A DNA stretch of 64,000 nucleotides from Macrostomum lignano (lineage: Eukaryota): NCBI GenBank assembly GCA_002269645.1, contig NIVC01000016.1, forward strand, positions 186,001-250,000. The letters run 5' to 3'. The notes below the pieces were generated by a model. It made no database searches. It saw only the letters and a program-made list of their open reading frames with translations, and was not told the origin of the DNA. Shown in pieces: positions 25,628 to 36,675 of the stretch; the stretch's first letter is position 1; each line of letters opens with the position of its first letter. Made by a program: the position numbers and the translations under genes.

Positions 25628-28600
25628 TTAGCCGAACAATGCCACAGGAAATGGCTCGGTCTGAAGCAGGTCGGCCAGCTCGGCCGGATGTCGGGCCAGG
25701 AACTCGCGCACAGTGAGCAGCGCCGGATCGTCCGGCTGAAGCTCCCAGCGGTTTGTCCAGCGCAGGGCGGCGCGCGACCGCACGGCCGGGTCGAGCGAGT
25801 CGGGAGCGGACAGCAGGCACAGCAGGGCGGCCCGGCGCGCCTCGCTACAGCCGGCCTTCAATTCGTCTTCGGTGGCGTCGGCACCGACTGCCAGTTCGCT
25901 GAGCGTCGACACGATTCCGGCGACAGTCGAGCTATCCGAGCTTGAGCTGAGATGACCCTGCACTTCCGGCAGGAGGGCCAGCAGCTGCTCGGAGGCCAGG
26001 GGTCGAAGCGCCGCTAGGCGGCTCAGTTTTGCTTCTACTGTTGCTTCGGCTGGCTCCGCTTCAGGATTTAGTTCCGGCTCTGATTGACCAACTGTTTTTG
26101 GAATTGTTGTAACATCCGCATCAACATCCGGTCTAGTGTTCTCCGATTCCAAAGACTGTGCCAAAGCGATTGCTTCCTTTTCTGCTTTCTTGCGCGCAGT
26201 TGCTTCTGCTTTCGCTTTTCTGCGCTCATCTGCTTCCAATTTCTTGCGAGCGGCTGCCTCTGATTTTGCTTTTCTGCGCGCAACTGCTTCCTCTTTCTTA
26301 CTTTTGAGTGTCTTTGCTTTTTCTTGCTTTTGCGAAGCATCTGCTTCAACTTCGGCCTTCTTATCCTCTGATTCTCTCTGTGCATCTGCTTTTGCTTGCT
26401 TCTGTGCATCTGCTTCCGCTTTTGCTTTCTTGATAGAGTCTTCATCTGGAGCTTTTGTTTTCGCCTTCTTCAAAGCACCTGCTTCAACTTCGGCCTTCTT
26501 ATCCTCTGTTTCTCTCTGTGCATCTGCTTTTGCTTGCTTCTGTGCATCTGCTTCCGCTTTTGCTTTCTTGATAGAGTCTTCATCTGGAGCTTTTGTTTTC
26601 GCCTTCTTCAAAGCACCTGCTTCAACTTCGGCCTTCTTATCCTCTGTTTCTCTCTGTGCATCTGCTTTTGCTTGCTTCTGTGCATCTGCTTCCGCTTTTG
26701 CTTTCTTGATAGAGTCTTCATCTGGAGCTTTTGTTTTCGCCTTTTTCAAAGCACCTGCTTTCACTTTCTTTCGTGCGTCTGCTTCCATTTCCGCTTCCGC
26801 TTTCTTATGAATATCTGCCTCCGCCTCTGCTTCCGCTTTGTTTTGAGCATCTGCTTCCACCTCTGCTTCCGCTTTCTTCTGAGAATCTGCTTCCGCTTTC
26901 TTCTGAGCATCTGCTTCCGCCTCTGCTTCCACTTTCTTCTGAGCATCTGCTTCCGCTTTCTTCTGAGCATCTGCTTCCGCTTTCTTCTGAGCATCTGCTT
27001 CCGCCTCCGCTTCCACTTTCTTCTGAGCATCTGCTTCCGCCTCCGCCTCCGCTTCCACTTTCTTCTGAGCATCTGCTTCCGCCTCCGCCTCCGCTTCCGC
27101 TTTCTTCTGAGAATCTCCACCTGTTGCCGCTTCTGCATTATTCCCAGCATCTTTATCTGCTGCATCTGCTTCTGCTTGCTTGCGAACAGCATTGGTTTCT
27201 GCATCTAAATCAGTCAGGCGTGCCGCTTCAGTCTCGGCCTGCAGGCACAGATAATCGCCAGCATTATCGTCGATAGGCTCAAGAACTTCAGAAAGCCGGC
27301 CGCCGCATTGAAAGACGGCCCAAGCGGCCAGCGAGTCCGGCCGCCAGTCGGAGCCCAGCTTGGCCGACACGGCCTGATAGGCAGCTGAGCACTCCAGCCG
27401 GTGACGGCTCTCCAGTCTGGGCCGCTTCTCAACCGGCTGAGGCTCCTCATCGTCTCTATCTTTGTCCGTCTCGTTCAACTCGCGCATCAGCGACTGGGCC
27501 ATGGCCGGGATGTCAGCGAATAGCGACGATTCGGCGGCTAGAACGTCCGGGTCGAAGCCGAAATCCGATAAGGACTCCTGATCGGCTGAAGGAGGCGGCA
27601 GCGGCGGAGGCGGCAGCGGAGGCTTCGGCATCTCCCGAGTCGGAGAGGAAGAAGCCAGAGAAGGCCGCTTGGCGCTGTAGCTTCGAAGCGTTCGCCGCCG
27701 CATCGGCACATCGCAACTGGTGGCCTCTTTTCCCACTGTCTCTTCCTCTTTCGCGCTGTCATTTTCGGTGTCCCCGACGGTCTCGGGTGTCAGAGCCGCC
27801 GCTGCCGAGGCTCGTTTGCGCGTCTGCCGCGTCTGCCATTTCGGTTTTGGCGCAGGCGGTGGTGGAGGTGGTGGCGGCGGCTTCGGCGGCGGCGGTCGCT
27901 TAGCCGGCAGCGCAGTCACGGTCTCAAACTCACCATCGCTATCGTCTGAACTGGTCGACAATCGCGTCGAGGAGGACGACGAACTGGCCACCGCCGCGGA
28001 CGCTGCTGCCTTGGTTCGGCCGCGCCTCCGACTGCTGTCAGCCGAGACTGCCGCTGCCGGCTTCCACTGGAGCGTCTGGCTGCCAACACTACGAACCGCC
28101 GGCCGCTTCTCCAGCGCAAGGCGGAGGTCGCGGTTGGCCAGCCGCAGCTGCACCAGCTCGTTGTTTGCCGTTTGCAACTCCTGACGGAGCTGCCGGCGCT
28201 CGGCTTCCAATTGGGCTGAGGCCAGCGCCGCTGTTAAATGCTGCCGCGGCGGCGCCGTTGAATCCGCGCCGCTATCGGCGCTTTGCGGTTGGCGCCGAAG
28301 TCGAGCGACTTCCGTCTCCAGCTGGGCGACGCGCTCGCATTTCTCTCTGGCAAAAAGGACAGTTGAACAATTATTAATATATTCTCCCAGCATTTTAGTT
28401 GGTTGAAGTTAACCTCTTGCCCAGGTGACTATACATAATCTGGATCCCGAGTCTTCTCGAAACCCATAAGTACAGTTGTTATCGAAAACAAAGGATTCGG
28501 TTGCGATGGAAACATCTGTAAATAGTTGCTATGGAAACAGTTATTCTCGGTTGCTATGGAAACAATCATTCTCGGTTGCTATGGAAACAATCATTCTCGG

Positions 28601-28900
28601 TTGCTATGGAAACAATTATTCTCGGTTGCTATGGTAACAATTATTCTCGGTTGCTATGGAAACAATTATTCTTGGTTGCTATGGAAACAATTATTCTCAG
28701 TTGCTATGGAAACCCTAGATCTAGGCTTATGGAGCCTTGCAATTCAGTATTAATTGACTTCCGGAACCAGTTAACCAGGGGTGTACTCTGAAATTCAGGC
28801 CAACTCACTTGTACGCGTGTAGAATCTCGTTGCATTCGAGCACAATGCCTTTGGCACGGAACAGCGCCTGCAACAGCTGCTCCCGGCTCAGATTTGAGTA
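25628..28900 (-). CDS. Large coiled-coil/low-complexity protein (>=936 aa; start exon not found), possibly ICE1-like
   Basis: Exon 28900-28809 (ttccAG|TAC...AA|GTGAGT, phase 2) joins exon 28346-25628 (gccAG|A GAG AAA TGC), giving YSNLSREQLLQALFRAKGIVLECNEILHAYKEKCERVAQLETEV. Then Pro/Ser-rich region, AEADAQKK repeats and a helical C-terminal domain. Confidence 0.7.
28500..28713 (+). repeat. 25-bp minisatellite x 9, each unit containing GTTGCTATGGAAAC (RFX X-box-like)
   Basis: Copies start at 28500, 28525, ... 28700; intronic. Confidence 0.92.
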
Positions 28901-29024
28901 CTGGAATCGGAGTGGCGTGAAGTTTTAAGTCAATTCTAAATTGAAATATTTTTTCTAAAACAACTCTTCTTTTGTAGTGAACGCGCCTAGTTGCAGGGAA
29001 TCACTATCAGCTGGAAGGATCCTT

Positions 29025-29885
29025 ATCTAGCTGTGGCGAATCCCTATCTAGATTTGGGGAATCCCTGTCTAGGTGAGGGAAATCCCTATCTAGATATGGG
29101 AATCCCTGTCTAGCTGAAGGGAATCCCTATCAAGATATGGGGAATCCCTGACTACATGTGGAAAATCCCTATCCAGATATGGGGAATCCCTGTCTAGGTG
29201 AGGGAAATCCCTATCTAGATATGGGGAATCCCTGTCTAGGTGAGGGGAATCCCTATAAAGATATGGGGAATCCCTGTCTACATGTGGAAAATCCCTATCT
29301 AGATATAGGGAATCCCTGTCTAGCTGAGGGAAATCCCTATCTAGATATGGGGAATCCCTGTCTAGCTGAATGGAATCTCTATCAAGATATGGGGAATCCC
29401 TGACTACATGTGGGGAATAACTATCTAGATATGGGGAATCCCTGTCTAGCTGAGGGGAAACCCTATCAAGATACGGGGAATCCTTGACTACATGTGGGCC
29501 ATTGTGGGAAATCCCTATCTAGATATGGGAATCCCTGTCTAGCTGAAGGGAATCCCTATCAAGATATGGGGAATCCCTGACTACATGTGGAAAATCCCTA
29601 TCCAGATATGGGGAATCCCTGTCTAGGTGAGGGAAATCCCTATCTAGATATGGGGAATCCCTGTCTAGGTGAGGGGAATCCCTATAAAGATATGGGGAAT
29701 CCCTGTCTACATGTGGAAAATCCCTATCCAGATATGGGGAATCCCTGTCTACATGTGGAAAATCCCTATCCAGATATGGGGAATCCCTGTCTAGCTGAGG
29801 GGAAACCCTATCAAGATACGGGGAATCCTTGACTACATGTGGGCCATTGTGGGGAATCACTTTCTAGATATGGGGAATCCCTGTA
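29025..29885. repeat. ~21-bp quasi-palindromic minisatellite (GGGAATCCCTATCTAGATAT) with ~430-bp higher-order duplication
   Basis: Identical variant runs recur at 29101 and 29530. Confidence 0.9.
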
Positions 29886-30324
29886 TGGCTGAGTCTATAG
29901 CCTGCATTCTTGAATAAAACAGATGCAGCTTTCTATATTTTGGAGATTATGGAGCAAGGCGAGCAAGATTCAAAATTCTTATCTAATGCAGTATCTTACT
30001 ATAAGTAGTCACTCTAGTTGCAACTTTTGAATAAAAAATAATTGAGAAAAAATGTCGAATAGAAAATCGTGGCTCCAATTATCTCGCAAATCAGTCAGCG
30101 GCACGGAAATTTATTGGTTGAATTGTTTAGTCCGTTTCATCCGTGACTTGCCGGACACAAAGTTATAAATTAGTTTAACGGCATTTCTGAGAAAGTGAGA
30201 AAGAGAGACTGTGCCTTTGATGGGGCGATTCCCGGAGCAAGTATTTGTCGAACTTGTAAATAAGTAGAGGATAGTGGCGGATAGAGGCAGAAAGAGGGCA
30301 GAGCACTGGCAGATAGATAATAGA

Positions 30325-31438
30325 AGAGGCAGATAGATGAGACAGAAAGATGAGGCAGGTAGATGAGGCAGATAGATGAGGCAGGTAGATGAGGCAGGTA
30401 GATGAGGCAGATAGATGAAGCAGGTAGAAGAGGCAGATTATGAGGCAGATAGAAGAGGCAGATTGATGAGGCAGATTGATGAAGCAGGTAGAAGAGGCAG
30501 ATTATGAGGCAGATAGAAGAGGCAGATTGATGAGGCAGATAGAAGAGGCAGATAGATGAGGCAGATAGATGAGGCAGATAGAAAAGGCAGATAGATGAGG
30601 CAGATAGATGAGGCAGATAGATGAGGCAGGTAGATGAGGCAGATTGATGAGGCAGATAGAAGAGGCAGATTATGAGGCAGATAGAAGAGGCAGATAGATG
30701 AGGCAGATTGATGAGGCAGATAGAAGAGGCAGATTGATGAGGCAGATTGATGAGGCAGATAGAAGAGGCAGGTAGATGAGGCAGATAGAAGAGGCAGATA
30801 GAAGAGGCAGATAGAAGAGGCAGATAGATGAGGCAGATAGAAGAGGCAGGTAGATGAGGCAGATAGAAGAGGCAGATAGAAGAGGCAGATAGAAGAGGCA
30901 GATAGATGAGGCAGGTAGATGAGGCAGATAGAAGAGGCAGGTAGATGAGGCAGATAGAAGAGGCAGGTAGATGAGGCAGATTGATGAGGCAGATAGAAGA
31001 GGCAGATTATGAGGCAGATAGAAGAGGCAGATAGATGAGGCAGATTGATGAGGCAGATAGAAGAGGCAGATTGATGAGGCAGATTGATGAGGCAGATAGA
31101 AGAGGCAGGTAGATGAGGCAGATAGAAGAGGCAGATAGAAGAGGCAGATAGAAGAGGCAGATAGATGAGGCAGATAGAAGAGGCAGGTAGATGAGGCAGA
31201 TAGAAGAGGCAGATAGAAGAGGCAGATAGAAGAGGCAGATAGATGAGGCAGGTAGATGAGGCAGATAGAAGAGGCAGGTAGATGAGGCAGATAGAAGAGG
31301 CAGGTAGATGAGGCAGATAGAAGAGGCAGATAGAAGAGGCAGATTGATGAGGCAGGTAGATGAGGCAGGTAGATGAGGCAGATTGATGAGGCAGATTGAT
31401 GAGGCAGGTAGATGAGGCAGGTAGATGAAGCAGATAGA
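30325..31438. repeat. 12/13-bp minisatellite (GAGGCAGATAGA[T/A])
   Basis: Tandem copies read directly. Confidence 0.95.
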
Positions 31439-32199
31439 TCACAGAGCGAGCTTCCGTCAAGCCGGGATGCAAAGGCTTAAATAAAAAAAGTTTAAGAACA
31501 CGTGGTGAAAAGTATATCATCAGCAAATTTATAGGCATAGTATAAATATTATAAAAATGTTCTATTACATAGAAGAGCTGCGTCAATTTCAGACTAAAAG
31601 CATTCGGGAATCGCGATTTCACAACAGCTCTATGAAGATGGGCGGCGGTTTGTTGAAACTAAGCAAAAAAACAGCGTCAATTCTTGGACTAGAGGGGGGG
31701 GCATGTTATTGCTATACAGAATAGATGCGCAGTTTAAACAAACAAAATGACTTGTGAATAATTAATAATCGTAATAATTGCAAGCTGCTAGGAGGCGCTG
31801 AATTACATTGGACGCGATTACAGACTAGCATTGAATAAAAAAAACAAAAATTACTCTGTGTAATAAAACACTAATTAATTATACTAATGCAAAGTTGAAT
31901 TATTAATTCTGGTAAAATGTGGGGGACGTGGCGGGCTCTGGGCGCTCGAACTAAAATGACAATAGAACTAGCCGCAATGTACTTTAATTAATGTACTTCT
32001 TACCAACAGGGCCTAGGCTGGGACGGCGAAACAGTGGAGAGAAAGACCAGGACAGAGGGGGGATATTATGCAATTAACTTTTCTCTCAGGAGTGATGTTT
32101 CACAGTGTGTAAAACTGGTTATTTTGTTTGCACTGCGGTTAGGCGAGATATGGACGAACCATTTTTTCATGGAAAAGTGCGACTTCAGCTTGAAGAGAG

Positions 32200-33375
32200 G
32201 GTGATGAAGAAAAAGGGATGAAGAAAGGGAGAGGGAGATGAAGAGGGAGATGAATAGAGGGAGAGGGAGAGGGAGATGAAGAGGGGGAGAGGGAGATGAA
32301 GAGAGGGAGAGGGAAATGAAGAGAGGGAGAGGGAAATGAAGAGAGGGAGATGAAGAGAGGGAGAGGGAAATGAAGAGAGGGAGAGGGAAATGAAGAGAGG
32401 GAGATGAAGAGAGGGAGAGGGAAATGAAGAGAGGGAGAGGGAAATGAAGAGAGGGAGATGAAGAGAGGGAGAGGGAAATGAAGAGAGGGAGATGAAAAGA
32501 GGGAGAGGGAAATGAAGAGAGGGAGATGAATAGAGGGAGATGAATAGAGGGAGATGAATAGAGGGAGATGAATAGAGGGAGATGAATAGAGGGAGATGAA
32601 TAGAGGGAGATGAATAGAGGGAGATGAATAGAGGGAGATGAATAGAGGGAGATGAATAGAGGGAGATGAATAGAGGGAGATGAATAGAGGGAGATGAATA
32701 GAGGGAGATGAATAGAGGGAGATGAATAGAGGGAGATGAATAGAGGGAGAGGGAAATGAAGAGAGGGAGATGAATAGAGGGAGAGGGAAATGAAGAGAGG
32801 GAGATGAATAGAGGGAGAGGGAAATGAAGAGAGGGAGATGAAGAGAGGGAGAGGGAAATGAAGAGAGGGAAATGAAGAGAGGGAGATGAATAGAGGGAGA
32901 GGGAAATGAAGAGAGGGAGATGAATAGAGGGAGAGGGAAATGAAGAGAGGGAGATGAAGAGAGGGAGAGGGAAATGAAGAGAGGGAGATGAATAGAGGGA
33001 GATGAATGGAGGGAGAGGGAAATGAAGAGAGGGAGATGAATAGAGGGAGATGAATAGAGGGAGATGAATAGAGGGAGATGAATAGAGGGAGATGAATAGA
33101 GGGAGATGAATAGAGGGAGATGAATAGAGGGAGATGAATAGAGGGAAATGAAGAGAGGGAGATGAATAGAGGGAGATGAATAGAGGGAGATGAATAGAGG
33201 GAAATGAAGAGAGGGAGATGAATAGAGGGAGATGAATAGAGGGAGATGAATAGAGGGAGATGAAGAGAGGGAGAGGGAGGTGAAGAGAGGGAGATGAATA
33301 GAGGGAGAGGGAGATGAATAGAGGGAGAGGGAAATGAATAGAGGGAGATGAAGAGAGGGAGAGGGAGACAGAGAT
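32200..33375. repeat. Purine-rich minisatellite (GAGGGAGATGAATA and relatives)
   Basis: Tandem copies read directly. Confidence 0.95.
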
Positions 33376-33765
33376 GAAGGAGGGAAGAGGGGAGCATGCA
33401 CAGCAGCCGAAGTCAAGCATTCCCATTAAAGCATCCCCAAATACAGCTATCAGCTTGATGGCTTCAATTCAAAGTCGGATTGTTTCCAAAACGCAGCGCG
33501 AACTCCCGCCCGCAGCAGTAAATGCAGGCAAACAAAAAGCAAAATTAGAAAGAGGCTATGAGTAGAAACCCGCAGCTATTATACTGTGAAAGAGGTCAGG
33601 GAAGTTAAATTAGGCCTGCATTCTAATAATCAAACATGCCGTCTGTTCAGCCTGATAAAATAAAAAATGAGCAAGAAACAGCTAACAAATAGAGAAGCAG
33701 AGTAAGCTATCAGAAATTATATAATACGAACGCGGGCAGACGGAGCGGAACAGACAAATTGGGCA

Positions 33766-36256
33766 TCACAAAAATGAATCGCCAGGCAGGCCCGTGGCTG
33801 TTACTGTTAGTAGTATTAGCAGCAGGTTGAGCATCGGCGGCAGCAGCGGGCACCAACGAGACGAAGCGACAAGGCGGCCGGATCCGGCAGTCGCGTTGCC
33901 AACCGTGAAGTTGGCGGTGTCGTTGTCGACGTCTTGTATCGCTGGGGCCGGTGGCGGGGGCGGCGGCGCCAGCAGTTTGCAGCCGGTGAATCGAATTTCG
34001 CTGCGGTTCGGCCCAGTCGGCTTGTAACAGCAGCAGTCGGATTCGCGACAGCGGTCGGTGAAGCCAGCGCCTTTGTAGCTGTCCTCTGCCGGTGGTCAGC
34101 GTGGGCGGGTGGTGAGGTCAGTGTGGGGCGGGTGGTGAGGTCAGTGTGGGGCAGGTGGTGAGGTCAGTGTGGGGCGGGTGGTGAGGTCAGTGTGGGGCGT
34201 CTGGTGAGGTCAGTGTGGGGCAGGTGGTGAGGTCAGTGTGGGGCGTCTGGTGAGGTCAGTGTGGGGCAGGTGGTGAGGTCAGTGTGGGGCGGGTGGTGAG
34301 GTCAGTGTGGGGCGTCTGGTGAGGTCAGTGTGGGGCAGGTGGTGAGGTCAGTGTGGGGCGGGTGGTGAGGTCAGTGTGGGGCAGGTGGTGAGGTCAGTGT
34401 GGGGCAGGTGATGAGGTCAGCGTGGGGCAGGTGGTGAGGTCAGTGTGGGGCAGGTGGTGAGGTCAGTGTGGGGCGTCTGGTGAGGTCAGTGTGGGGCGGG
34501 TGGTGAGGTCAGTGTGGGGCGTCTGGTGAGGTCAGTGTGGGGCAGGTGGTGAGGTCAGTGTGGGGCAGGTGGTGAGGTCAGTGTGGGGCAGGTGGTGAGG
34601 TCAGTGTGGGGCAGGTGGTGAGGTCAGAGTGGTGCGGGTGGCGAGGTCAGTGTGGGGCAGGTGGTGAGGTCAGTGTGGGGCGTCTGGTGAGGTCAGTGTG
34701 GGGCAGGTGGTGAGGTCAGTGTGGGGCAGGTGATGAGGTCAGCGTGGGGCGGGTGGTGAGGTCAGTGTGGGGCGTCTGGTGAGGTCAGTGTGGGGCAGGT
34801 GGTGAGGTCAGTGTGGGGCGTCTGGTGAGGTCAGTGTGGGGCAGGTGGTGAGGTCAGTGTGGGGCGTCTGGTGAGGTCAGTGTGGGGCGTCTGGTGAGGT
34901 CAGTGTGGGGCGGGTGGCGAGGTCAGTGTGGGGCAGGTGGTGAGGTCAGTGTGGGGCAGGTGGTGAGGTCAGTGTGGGGCAGGTGGTGAGGTCAGTATGG
35001 GGCAGGTGGTGAGGTCAGTGTGGGGCGTCTGGTGAGGTCAGTGTGGGGCGTCTGGTGAGGTCAGTGTGGGGCAGGTGGTGAGGTCAGTGTGGGGCAGGTG
35101 ATGAGGTCAGCGTGGGGCGGGTGGTGAGGTCAGTGTGGGGCAGGTGGTGAGGTCAGTGTGGGGCAGGTGGTGAGGTCAGTGTGGGGCAGGTGGTGAGGTC
35201 AGAGTGGTGCGGGTGGCGAGGTCAGTGTGGGGCGTCTGGTGAGGTCAGTGTGGGGCAGGTGGTGAGGTCAGTGTGGGGCAGGTGATGAGGTCAGCGTGGG
35301 GCGGGTGGTGAGGTCAGTGTGGGGCAGGTGGTGAGGTCAGTGTGGGGCAGGTGGTGAGGTCAGTGTGGGGCAGGTGGTGAGGTCAGAGTGGTGCGGGTGG
35401 CGAGGTCAGTGTGGGGCAGGTGGTGAGGTCAGTGTGGGGCGTCTGGTGAGGTCAGTGTGGGGCAGGTGGTGAGGTCAGTGTGGGGCAGGTGATGAGGTCA
35501 GCGTGGGGCGGGTGGTGAGGTCAGTGTGGGGCGTCTGGTGAGGTCAGTGTGGGGCAGGTGGTGAGGTCAGTGTGGGGCAGGTGGTGAGGTCAGCGTGGGG
35601 CGGGTGGTGAGGTCAGAGTGGGGCGGGTGGTGAGGTCAGAGTGGGGCGGGTGGTGAGGTGAGATCAGTGAGGTCAAGGCGGACAGCAGTGATGTCAAAGG
35701 GGAGATCAGTGAGGTCAGGGCGGACAGCAGTGAGGTCAAGGCAGACAGCAGTGAGGTCAAATGATGGAGCGCAGAAACAAACTGATAGATTAAAAGACAT
35801 GTAAAAGATGGTGTAAAAGCAGCAACAATAGGGCTCGAATGGTCAAGGCCCGACGCGTGTTAGCAGTCGCACAGCCAGGAATTGCATGAGCAGAAGCGTT
35901 AAGCATAAATAAGGAGAGTCCTGTGGGAGAAGCTGGGTGAATGACGAAACCTCGTGATGCGAGATGGCGGCTGATGCGCAGATGACACGGAGACGAAGCG
36001 GCTATGGGGGATTCGAGCGCCAGAAGCGGGAGGGAGATAAAAGCTGGACTAGGATCCGGAGCCGCTCACCCTGCAATAGCAGAACGGCCAACACAAATCC
36101 TAGAAAAACCAATCATTAATTTATTCCCGAATGTAAAGCCCTAACTGTTGCATTTGCCTGCCGCAAATAATCCATAATCATAGCTCGTTGTCCGCTCAAT
36201 GAGCAATTCGCGAAACGAGATCAAAGACCGACAGACAGACAGACAGGCAGGCAGGC

Positions 36257-36349
<93 letters not shown>

Positions 36350-36380
36350 CAGACAGACAGACAGACAGACAGACACAGAA

Positions 36381-36433
<53 letters not shown>

Positions 36434-36454
36434 CAGACAGACAGACAGACAGAC

Positions 36455-36499
<45 letters not shown>

Positions 36500-36512
36500 T
36501 AGACAGACAGAC

Positions 36513-36597
<85 letters not shown>

Positions 36598-36608
36598 GGC
36601 AGACACTA

Positions 36609-36675
<67 letters not shown>

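Noticed and set aside
25601-28377. Plus-strand and alternate-frame ORFs overlapping the coiled-coil gene
   Set aside because: Shadow ORFs of a GC-rich, repetitive CDS.
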